DNA from: the human T2T-CHM13v2.0 reference genome, Homo sapiens
NCBI RefSeq assembly: GCF_009914755.1
Contig: NC_060936.1
Direction: 5' to 3' (one strand)
DNA length: 64,000 nucleotides
The position numbers and the translations under genes were made by a program. Below the pieces are notes generated by a model, which saw only the letters and a program-made list of their open reading frames with translations, did not search any database and was not told where the DNA came from. Below are positions 1 through 18,403 of the stretch, one piece after another (positions within the stretch are counted from its first letter, which is position 1; every line of letters starts with the position of its first letter).

Positions 1-1465
1 GTGTGCCAGATACTAGGAAACCAATACTGAAAAAAGAGTCAGATGCTATTTTTGCTGAACTTAGCCTTAGTACTGTATAGTGATTGTGCTTCCTACTAGG
101 CAGGGACCGCGCCTAATTTGTGGATATTACTAATATCATACAGGGCCCATACGCAGTAAATGTTCAATATCTGTCATTTTCTGAAACCTAAGATGTGTCA
201 GGCGGCTTGACCTGTATTATTTCTAGTTCTTTGAACAATCCCGAACAGTCGATATTATTGTTCCCAATATGAGCTATGGAGCCAGTTTGCCAAATCGGCC
301 CCTAACTAACTGTGAGACTTTGGACAAGTTGTTAAACCTTCCTGTGTTTCAACCTTCTTATCTGAAGACACACAGTTATAGTACAGCATTGTGAAGTTAA
401 ATGAACTATACTGTGGCTCATGATAACAATCAGTAAGTGTTAGTCATTATAATGATCATTAATTGTGGCTTTTAGCATAGATGAAGACTGGCAGCGTACC
501 CAGATCATACAGCTGGTAAAGGGCTAAGTAAAAATTTGAAGCCAAATTGGATTCCAAGCCTCTGCCCTTTACACTAAATACACTGTTTGTTATGTGTGTG
601 TGTATGTATATATGTGTAATTCCATATTACTCATGCAGTATGTTCCACACAACAAGTAAGTACTATGCAAATGAACTTTCAGGTTCCAAGCTATTTTCAA
701 ATTGGCAACAGGCAGGTAAGAAAATAAGACATTCTTGTTTTCACCAGTAGATGGCAGAAGGAAGAAAAGACCACTCCGGAGAGGGAAGGAGTTTTAATTT
801 GGAGCCGAGTGATTCACAGTGGGCTGTGGCTGAGGCACAGGGGCAGATGAGGCAGACTCCTTGTATGACTACAGTGGAGGACAGTCCCACTGGAACTAGG
901 GGTCAGGGGTCAGGGTGGGGAGGAGAACTACCTACAGGTATGTGAAGGGTGTCAGCCTTCAAGAAGATCTGCTAGGTTGACCCAGAGGATGGGGACTGGG
1001 AGCCCCGAAGTAAAGGCAAGTTCAGATGCACTTAGAAAAAAAGGTCGCGTTCCTCTGTCGTCTCTACTGCGCGGTCCCTGGCTGTGGACCCTCCTCGTCA
1101 ACTTCCAAACACTTGGTTCTTTTCCAAAGCCTGCCTTTCCCTCTGGGATGTTGATGAAGCCACTTGCTTTGTTTGCTCCTTTCCCCACCCCCTACCCCAG
1201 TCTGTAAGTCAGGAATACTCTTTCCCCCGCCTATCCCAATACACGTTGTTTGTGAGCCACCGACCCCCCTCACTGCTTCCCTCTCTCCTCACTGCGTATC
1301 CATCCAGTAGGCTTGGTCCACAGCCTGTGCTCCTGTATCAAATAAGCTTGGTGCTGGGTAACCTGTGAGCTGCTTGTTCGTTCATTTTATCCTAGAGACA
1401 TGTCCTTCAGCCCAAAGTGATGGGGAGTTGTCCTTCTGGGTCCAAAAGAGTAGTAGCAGCAATCA

Positions 1466-1876
<411 letters not shown>

Positions 1877-2234
1877 TTAGCTGGGCATGGCGGACCCCGC
1901 CTATGGTCCTAGCTACTTGGGAGGCTGAGACAAGACAATCATTTGAGTCTTGGAGGATGAGATTGCAGTAAGCTATGATTGTGCTGCTGCGTTCTAGCCT
2001 GGGTGACAGGGTAAGACCCTGTCTCTAAAAGGTAAATAGTAAATAAGTGATTCTTTACAATAGGGCTGAGGAGAGCCTCCTGTGTGTTAGGAGTTTGCCA
2101 GGTGACTGGCATATATTATTTCTTTTACTGGAGGTCATGAGTCATTTCTCGAGGAAACTGCAGATCAGAAAAGCTTGTTTGTCATATTTTAAAACTGCAG
2201 CCTAGTCTTTTTTTTTTTTTTTTTTTTTTTTTGA

Positions 2235-2393
<159 letters not shown>

Positions 2394-4313
2394 TAGTAGA
2401 CACGGGTTTTCTCCATGTTGGTCAGGCTGGTCTCAAACTCCCGACCTCAGGCGATCCGCCTGCCTTGGCCTCCCAAAGTGCTGGGATTACAGGCGTGAGC
2501 CACCACACCCGGCGCAGCCTAGTTATTCTTTATTCTGTCTTCCGTGATTTCTTAAATTCATCCAAGGGTATTCAGGAATTTTGCAGGGTGAGCCTATGCT
2601 GACAAAATGAAATTGAGCACCATAGTTTTGTGTTTTTTACTAAATCTCCAGAAAATAAAAGTGACCTTTGGACTGCCAGAAGATTCACGTGAAACCTCAC
2701 ATAAAATCAGCATGTGAAGACAGAGAGGATGTTGGTGATCACCAGAATCTGTTCATTTTTCCTTTGAAGATACTTAAAGGAAGTACGTGTATGTTTACAG
2801 GTTTGTATATGTTTTAGAGTGTGCCCACAAGCTCTTAGCCATTTAAGACAGACACTAAAGACTCCCTCAATTAAAAAAAAAGTTCAGTGGAATTTTGTTC
2901 ATAATATCTGCCTGAGAAAAAACAGGCCCTGCTTTTCAGTCTTGAAGACTGAAGGCTCCTTTTTGAGTAGAGTAGTGGGGGCTGGGTGCAGTGGCTCATG
3001 CCTATAATCCCAGCACTTTGGGAGGCCGAGGTGGGCAGATCATTTGAGGTCAGGAATTCGAGACCTGCATGGCCAACATGGTGAAACCCCGTCTCTACTA
3101 ACAATACAAAAATTAGCTGGGTGTGGTGGCTCGTGCCTGCTAATCCCACTACTCGGGAGACTGAGGCAGAAGAATCACTTGAACCCAGGAGGTGGAGGTT
3201 GCAGTGAACCGAGATCATGCCGCTGCACTCCAGGCTGGGCAACAGAGTGAGACTCCATCTCAAAAAAAAGAGAAGAGTAGTGGGAGTAGTTAGGCGACAG
3301 AAGTATGCTTTAGAGAAGGCTGGCTAGCCTAACTCATTTTCCTAATAAATGCCAGTGATGCCCCTAACCAGGCACTAGGGTCTATTGTCAGTGCGGCGTG
3401 TGGGTAAGTCACACTTTGTACCTCACCTCTTCAGCATCTATGTCTGGGTGAACTCAGAATTATGTGTGATCACCAAGGGCAGCCTTGAAGGGGACGAGAG
3501 GGCCCTACAAGGACAAGTCTCTGACTGAGAGGGTTATGTGGGAATGACAGAAGAGTGGCCCACCTGGGCGGGTTGCTGGGAGAGAGAGGAAAGGGGAGAA
3601 GGGTGTCATGTTCAGATTTACAGCCTGTCCATAAACTTCATGGTTTTATGGTACTCAGCCATGTAATCATTTCCTGCCCCTTCTCCTACTGTGTTCTCCA
3701 GAGTCCCTGAGTCACTCTTTGGCCAGTGGCCTGCAGCCAGGGCTCATTTCTCTTCTCTATGGCCTAAAGAAGTTGTTTCCGTGCCCTGGGGCACGGGCAT
3801 CCAGGGACATCATATTACAAGGCGGTCTGTTGGGGTGTGGAAGACACTAGAACCTTTATCTGTATTTAACCCATCCATTTCTAATTTATATTTTTTATGT
3901 GTTATAGTGTAAAGTTTTGCTGTAAACAATTCATAATAAATATGTATGGATATGGCATATTTGTATATATTTATTATGTATGTAATTGTTTAACATATGT
4001 GCAAGTATGTTAAAGATATTATGTTGAATAGGATGCATATCAAGAAGGTTTGGCCAGCCTGGCCAACATGGTGAAACCTCATCTCTACTAAAAATACAAA
4101 AATTAGCCAGGCATGGTGGTGGGCACCTGTATTCCCAGCTACTCTGGAGGCTGAGGCTCGAGAATCGCTTTAACCCAGGAGGTGAAGGTTGCAGTGAGCC
4201 GAGATGGCACCACTGCAGTCCAGGCTGGGCAATAGAGCAAGACTCGGTCTCAAAGAAAAAAAAGAAAGTAAGTTTAGGACAATAGCCCTAGGGAATTATG
4301 CTGATAATGGTCC

Positions 4314-4680
4314 TTTTTTATTATTACATAAGTTAACCCATTTATTAAAGGCTAGTGATGTCTCCAATGGTGGAGAAACATCTGGTCTTTCAATTCCTTC
4401 AGTCTTCTGACTGTAGACTTTGCTGTGACGGCAGAAGTGGTATTGTAGGTTCAGCCACCACCAGCTACTGTCTTCATGCACGAACCACAGTGCCCGACCC
4501 CCATATCTCGTCTTTTCATCTTGGTTTTGTCACAGAAAGAGCAATTGTACTTGGCGTGCTAGCCGGTTTCAATTTTCTTCACCATTTTCTGGAAGGAGGC
4601 ACCATAGCGGATCCTGTATTTACCGACAATTCCAACTTTATTGGTGCATTTAGCCATGTCAGTGCAAAGTTTTGAGCCCG
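4314..4680 (-). pseudogene. RPL37AP9: RPL37A (eL43) processed pseudogene
   Basis: Minus strand from ATG at 4657 reads [49 protein letters not shown]...GG*TYNTTSAVTAKSTVRRLKELKDQ, with two premature stops; AATAAA (TTTATT 4341-4346) and a degraded A tail. The number P9 is from recalled gene order. Confidence 0.92.
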
Positions 4681-4855
4681 CAATAATCTTTAAAAGCGTT
4701 ATTTTATGTTTCATTATGAAATTAACTAACTATAGCGGATCCTGTATTTACTGACAATTCCAACTTTATTGGTGCATTTAGCCATGTCAGCGCGAAGGTT
4801 TGAGCCCGCAATAGTCTTTAAAAGCATTATTTTATGTTTCATTATGAAATTAACT
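4604..4855. repeat. Tandem duplication, 128-bp period
   Basis: ATAGCGGATCCTGTATTTAC...GAAATTAACT at 4604-4727 and 4732-4855, with a few mismatches. Confidence 0.95.
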
Positions 4856-4881
4856 TTTTAAAAATTTTTTTTGAGATGTAG

Positions 4882-4977
<96 letters not shown>

Positions 4978-5083
4978 TGAGTAGCTGGAATTACAGGAGT
5001 GCACCACCACGCCCAGCTAATTTTTTGTATTTTAGTAGAGACGGGGTTTTATCATGTTGGCCAGGATGGTCTCGATCTCCTGA

Positions 5084-5281
<198 letters not shown>

Positions 5282-6643
5282 TGAGTAGCTGGGATTACAG
5301 GTGTGCGCCACCACGCCCAGCTAATTTTTGTAGTTTTAGTAGAGATGGGGTTTCACCATGTCGGCCAGGCTGGTCTCGATCTCTTGACCTCATGATCCAT
5401 CCACCTTGGCCTCCCAAAGCACTGGGATTACAGGTGTGAGCTACCAAGCCCAGCCTTTTTTTTTTTTTTTTCTTTTTTTGAGGTGAAGTCTCACTGTGTT
5501 GCCCAGGCTGGAGTGCAGTGGTTCAATCTTGGCTCACTGCAACCTCCATCTCCCACGTTCAAACTGAGTGGGGCCTTCAAATTCTGGTTTCAAACCAGGA
5601 TGATTCTCCAGTTCCTTGAGAGTTTATAGGTGTGTGAGCTATTTTCACTGTTTCCAGAGCCTAATAGAAACCTTCTATTTACCCCAAATAAGCCTGCACA
5701 GGTCAACTTTAAGGTCAAGTGTTTTGCATTCGTTAGAAATGTTAGGAAATTGGAGTGGTCCTCTCATGCTGATCAGAATGTGCGGTTACGGCCTGAGTGT
5801 GGAGTGGGCAAGTGCTGCTTTGGGGCCTGACTTGGGTCCCAACCCCCTTCTATTGTGAGGGAGTTCTGCGGGAGGAAAAGTGGGGAACACCACCTCCCAT
5901 AGCCCCTGAACAGCACCAACTTTAGACCTGGGCAAGTGAGACCCTTCCCCAGGCCTGCTCCTCAGGAATCCCTGCACTTTGGAGTGTGTTTCTCAAAATG
6001 TTCCAGCTTTCCCTTCTGTGCTTGGGACATGCCAGGGCCAGCAGGTAAGAGAGTTTCAGTTGCTTCCAGCCTTTCCAATATTTGGTGTTGTCAGGCTTTT
6101 TGATTTTAGCTATTCTTCACTGTGGAAATTTTTTCCCATGGAAAATCTCTCTCTCTCTCCCTCACCCTTCTCTGTCTCTCTCTTTCCTTCTCTCTTGCTG
6201 ACTTCTCTCTTTCTTTCTTTCTTTCTCTCTCTCTTTCCTTGTCTCCTCCCCACAGCAGATTTACTGAGGTATCAAAAACATGGCTGGGTGTGGTGGCTCA
6301 TACCTGTAATCCCAGTACTTTGGGAAGCTGAGGCAGGCGGATCGCTTGAGGCCAGGGGTTCGAGACTAGCCTGGCCAAAATAGCAAGACCCTGTCTCAAA
6401 AAAAAAAAAAAAAACCCATACACATACTGGATTTGATAGGTTTTGACATATATATACATCCATGAAGCTGTGACCACGATGAAGATAATGAACACATCCA
6501 TCATCCCCAAAGTTTCCTCATGCTCCTTGTCATCCCTCCCTCCTGCCTTTCCTTGCTTCCTCCTCCCTGCCTGACACCAGGAAACCACTGATATGCTTTC
6601 TGTCAATATGCAAAGTAGTTTGCATTTTTAGAGTTTTGTATAA

Positions 6644-6862
<219 letters not shown>

Positions 6863-7010
6863 TAATTATTTTGAGTTTCATCCATGTTGTGTGTTTCAAT
6901 AGTTCATTCCTTTTTATTGCTCAGTAGTATTCCATTACATGGATATATCATAATTTGTCTATACTTTTCTTTTTTGGTAATGTCTTTGGCAAGATTTGGT
7001 ATCAGGGTTA

Positions 7011-7220
<210 letters not shown>

Positions 7221-7824
7221 CTACTTGGGAGGTTGACGCAGGAGAATCGCTTGAACCTGGGAGGCGGAGGTTGTGGTGAGCCAAGATCGCACCATTTCAC
7301 TCCAACCTGGGCAACAAGAGTGAAACTCCGTCTCAAAAAAAAAAAAAAAAAAAAAAGTTTCCTCATTCTCTACTTTTTGCCCAGGCTAGAATAAAGTGAC
7401 TTGATCTTGGCTTACTGCAACCTCCGCCCCTCAGGTTCAAGTGATTCTCCTGCCTCAGCCTCCTGAGTAGCTGGGATTACAGGTGCCCACCACCATGCCC
7501 GGCTAATTTTTGTATTTTTAGTAGAGACAGGGTTTCACCATTTTGGCCAGGCTGGTCTCGAACCCCTGACCTCAGGTGATCCACCCGCCTCAGCTTCCCA
7601 AAGTGCTAAGATTAAAGGCATGAGCCAACGCGCCCGGCCTTTCCTTTTTTTTGAGACAGAGTCTTGCTCTATCACCCAGGCTGGAGTGCAGTGGCAAGAT
7701 CACAGTCCACTGCAGCCTCCAATTCCCCAGACTCAAGTGATCCTCCCACTTCAGACTCCCAAGTTGCTGGGACCACAGCTGTGCACCACCATACTTGGCT
7801 AATTTTTGCATTTTTTTTTTTTAA

Positions 7825-9767
<1,943 letters not shown>

Positions 9768-11103
9768 GGTTTGTGTAAAATTGCTGTTATTTCTTCCTTA
9801 AATGTTGGATAGAATTGAACGGTGAAGCCATTTGGATTTGGGATTTTAATTATTAAATCATTCTTCTTCTTTTTTTCTTTTTTTGTTTTCCAGACAGGAT
9901 CTTGCTTCATCACCCAGGCTGGAGTGCAGTGGCACAATCACAGCTCACTGAAGCTTCAACCTCCTGGGTTCCCTCCTGGGAGCGACCCTCCCACCTCAAT
10001 CTCCAGAGTAGCTGGGACTACAGGTGCCTCCCACCACACCTGGATAATTTTTGAAATTTTTGTAGAGTCGGGGTCTTGCTAGGTTGCTTAGGCTGGTCTC
10101 GAACTCCTAGCTTCAAGTGATTCTCCTGCCTTGGCCTCCTAAAGTGCCAAGATTACAGGTATGAGCCAGCACACTTGGCCTGCATCCTGCACATACTGAT
10201 ACACTGTGTTTTCATCATCATTCAGATTGAAATACTTTCTATTGTCTTTTGTGATTTTTTTTGATTCAAGGTTATTTTGAAGAGTGTTGCTTAATTTCAG
10301 AATATTTGAAGATCTTAAAAACATTTTACTTAATTACATAACTTGGGCTGGGCATGGTGGCTCACACCTGTAATCCCAGCATGTTGGGAGGCAGAGGCAG
10401 GCAGATCACTTGAGGCTGGGAGTTCGAGACCAGCCTGGCCAACATGATATAACCCCGTCTCCACTATAAATACAAAAATTAGCAGGGTGTGGTGGCACAC
10501 ACCTGTAATCCCAGGTTCTCAGAAGGCTGAGGCATGAGAATCTTTTGAACCCAGGAAGTGGTGGTAGCAGTGAGCTGAGATAGTGCCACTGCACTGCAGC
10601 CTGGGTGACAAAGCAAGGCTCTGTCTCAAAAAAAAAAAAAAAAAGAAAAAGAAAAAAGAAAAACCATAACCTGAATGAATTTGATCTGTTGCCATTTTTT
10701 GAGGCTTGTTTATGGACTAGCATATAGCGCATCTCAGTGTATATTCCTTGAGCACTTCAAAAGAATGTGTACTCTGCAATTTTTGAGTATGATATTCTGT
10801 AGTCAATTAAGTCAAACTAATTGGTAATGCTATCAAATTTTCTATGATGTCACTTTTTTCCCCAACTTATTCTAACAGTTACTAAGAGGGGTTATTAAAA
10901 TCTCCATATGTTTGTGGATTCATTTATTTCTTTTTAGTCTGTTAATTTTTGCTTTACATATTTTAAAGCTCTCTTATTAAGTGTATACAGATTTAGGACT
11001 TTTATGTCTTAACTAATTAAACGTTTTAGTATTAAGAAATATTCTTTATCTCTGGAATACTCTTCGCTTGAAAGATTTTATTTGGGCTGGGCGTGGTGGC
11101 TCA

Positions 11104-11571
<468 letters not shown>

Positions 11572-11952
11572 TTATAATGTGTACCACCACACCTGGCTAA
11601 TTTTTGTATTTTTAATAGAGACAGAGTTTCACCATGTTGGCCAGGCTGGTCTCAGACTCCTAGCCTCAAGTGACCTGTGCGCCTTGGCCTCCCAAAATGC
11701 TTAGATTACAGGCGTAAGCCACTGTGCCCAACCCAAATATTGTTTTCTTAAGTTTAGTGTTTGTACAATATATACTTTTTTACTATTTTACTTTCAACTT
11801 GGTTGTGTCTTTATATTTCTAAGATGTTTCTTGTAAACAAAGTAACCTGAGATTTTTGTTCTCTGTTTTCTAATTGGAGGGGCTAGTCTATTAGCATTTT
11901 TTTTTTTTTTTTTGAGACAGGGTCTCACTCTGTCACCCAGGCTGGAGTGTAG

Positions 11953-12126
<174 letters not shown>

Positions 12127-12221
12127 TAACATGATTTTTTGGTATTTTTAGGTTTACTTTTAACAAATAAAAAACCCATAACATTTTTTTCTACTTGTTC
12201 CATCTGTTGTTTGTTTCTCTG

Positions 12222-12954
<733 letters not shown>

Positions 12955-13870
12955 CTCTGTTTCTCTTTTCCTGCCCACTTTTCAATAAATTGAGTATTTT
13001 TAAATATACCATTGACTTTTTAGCTAATCATCTTTTATTTTGAGTAGTTTTTCTTGAGATTACAAATATCTTTAACAGTCTACCTTCAAATTATTCTCCT
13101 TTTGTGATTCTAACACTAATTCTATTTACCCACTTCCAATTCTTTTTACCCATTTCCAATTCTTTGAGCTCTTGTTGTCCTATATTTTACTTCTAAATGT
13201 TATATATTTTGAAATATATTGTTATTATATTGGCAGCCAATTGTCTTTTTAAAATGTGTAGATAAGCCAGGAGCAGTGATCATGCCTGTAATCCCAGCTA
13301 CTTAGGAGGTTGAGGTGGGAGGATTGCTTGAGGTCAGGAGTTTGAGACCAGCCTGGGAAACATAGCAAGACCCTCTCTCTAAAAAATAGAAAAATAAAAA
13401 AATTAACCAAGGATGGTGGCATGTGCCTGTGGTCTTAGCTACTTGGGAGGCTGAGGCAGGAGATTTGCTTGAGCCCAGGAGTCAAGCCTGCAGTGAGCTA
13501 TGATCATGCCACTGCACTCCAGCCTGGGCAACAGAGTGAGATCATGTAACTAAACAGAAAAAAAAAAAGTATAGCTCTCTTTTCTATTTAGATTCATATT
13601 TATGCTCTCTGGGTCTCTTATTGTTTCCTACAGATCTATGCTTCCATTGACATTATTTCTGTTAATCATTTCTGGTAGAGCAGGTTTTCTGGAAATGAAT
13701 TTCTCCTTTTTTCTGAAAATATCCTTATTTACCTTTAGGTTGAAATATAAATAGACGTGGCCGGGCGCGGTGGGTCACACCTGTAATCCCAGCACTTTGG
13801 GAGGCTGAGGTGGGCAGATCATAAGATCAGGAGATAGAGACCATCCTGGATACCACGGTGAAACCCCTTA

Positions 13871-14111
<241 letters not shown>

Positions 14112-14228
14112 TTATTTAAGAAAGCTTTTCTATTTTGGGGGGGAGGGTGTGGGGTGTACTGGTCTGTTCTCATGCTGCTAATAGAAGACATACCTGAGAC
14201 TGGATAATTTATAAAGAAAAAGAGGTTT

Positions 14229-14370
14229 GGCTGGGCGCAGTGGCTCACCCCTGTAATTCCAGCACTTTGGGAGGCCAAAGCGGGTGGATCACGAGGTCAG
14301 GAGATCGAGACCATCCTGGCTAACATGGTGAAACCGCGTCTCTACTAAAAAAACAAAAAGAAAAAGAAAA
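14229..14370 (+). mobile_element. Alu left monomer only (AluY/Sc-type diagnostics) with TSD
   Basis: GGCTGGGCGCAG...TCTACTAAAA then an A-rich tail; flanked by AAAGAGGTTT repeats. Confidence 0.8.
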
Positions 14371-14518
14371 AAAGAGGTTTAATGGACTCACAGTTCCACA
14401 TAGCTGGAGAGGCCTTACAATCATGGTGGAAAGCAAAGGAGGAGCAAGGCATGTCTTACATGGTGGCAAGCAAGAGAGAAGTAGAGGGGAACTCCCTTTA
14501 GAAAGCCATCAGGTCTTG

Positions 14519-15300
14519 GAGGCATTCAGCTGCTTCAAGATGAAGCTGAACATCTCCTTCCCGGTCACTGGCTGCCAGAAACTCATTGAAGTGGATGATG
14601 AATGCAAACTTCGTACTTTTTATGAGAAGCTTATGGCCACAGAAGTTGCTGCTGACACTCTGGGTGAAGAATGGAAAGGTTATGTGGTCCGAATCAGTGG
14701 TGGGAACAACAAACAAGGTTTTCCCATGAAGCAGGGTGTCTTGACCCATGGCCGTGTCCGCCTGCTACTGAGTAAGGGGCATTCCTGTTACAGACCAAGG
14801 AGAACTGGAGAAAGAAAGAGAAAATCAGTTCGTGGTTGCATAGTGGATGCCAATCTGAGCATTCTCAACTTGATTATTGTTAAAAAAAAAAAAAAAAGTA
14901 AAGAAGGATATTCCTGGACTGACTGATACTATGGTGCCTTGTCGCCTGGGGCCCAAAAAAGCTAGCAGAATCTGCAAACTTTCCAATCTCTCTGAAGAAG
15001 ATGATGTCCGCCAGTATGTTGTAAGAAAGCCCTCAAACAAAGGAGGTAAGAAACCTAGGACCAAAGCACCCAAGATTCAGCATCTTGTTACTCCACATTT
15101 CCTGCAGCACAAAGGGCAGCATATTGCTCTGAAGAAGCCGTGTACTAAGAAAAATAAGGAAGAGGCTGCAGAATATGCTAAACTTTTAGGCAAGGGAATG
15201 AAGGAGGCTAAAGAGAAGCGCCAGGAACAAATTGCGAAGAGACACAGACTTTCCTCTCTGTGAGCTTCTACATCTAAGTCTGAGTCCAGTCAGAAATAAG
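14519..15300 (+). pseudogene. RPS6 (eS6) processed pseudogene
   Basis: ATG at 14540 ([21 protein letters not shown]...); frameshift at an A16 run (14882-14897); second half ...KDIPGLTDT...RLSSL; CGA>TGA stop at 15261; native stop at ...CAGAAATAA (15299); 8-bp TSD AGGTCTTG. Confidence 0.95.
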
Positions 15301-15842
15301 GTCTTGTGAGACGTTATCACAAGAACAGCATGGGAAAGATTCACTCCCGTGATTCAGTTACCTCCCGCCGGGTCCCTCCCACAACATGTAGGAATTATGG
15401 GAGCTACAATTCAAGATGAGATTTGGGTGGGGACACAGCCAAACCATATTAGGGGATGGGGAAGCTTTTCTATTGTCTTCTGGCCTCTACTGTTTCTGAT
15501 GAGAAATTACCCATCATTCATAATTTTTCTTTGGCTGCTTTTAATAATTTATTTTTATCTTTGATTTTCAACACTTTGACTGTGATGTACCTGAGGTTGG
15601 TTTTCTTTGTATTTATTCTGCTTGGAGTTCACTGAGCTGATGCAATCTGTGACTTGATTTCTTTTATTAGTTTTAGAAAATTCTTGTCTATTATCTCTCC
15701 AAAGATTTCTTCTGTCTCACTCTTTCTTTTCCTTATGGGACTTCAATTACAAATATGTTAAACCATTTGCTATCATCCTAAGGATCATAGATGCTCTGTT
15801 TTATCCCCCCAACATTTTTCTATTTGTGTTTTAGTTGGATTA

Positions 15843-17500
<1,658 letters not shown>

Positions 17501-17511
17501 ATTCTTATTGA

Positions 17512-17791
<280 letters not shown>

Positions 17792-17912
17792 TAGCCAGGA
17801 TGGTCTCAATCTCCTGACCTTGTGATCCGCCCGCCTCAGCCTCCCAAAGTGCTGGGATTACAGGCGTGAGCCACCGTGCCCGGCCTCTGATATTTTTTTT
17901 TTCTTTTTTTGA

Positions 17913-18403
<491 letters not shown>

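Larger units (their letters stand above)
14155..15451 (-). mobile_element. THE1 (ERVL-MaLR) solo LTR, interrupted by an Alu left monomer and the RPS6 retrocopy
   Basis: Reverse complement of the THE1B/C consensus (TGTACTGGTCTGTTCTCATGCTGCTAAT...GGGGACACAGCCAAACCATATTA). Confidence 0.85.

Noticed and set aside
4355-4675. 106-aa plus-strand ORF
   Set aside because: Antisense shadow of the RPL37A pseudogene.
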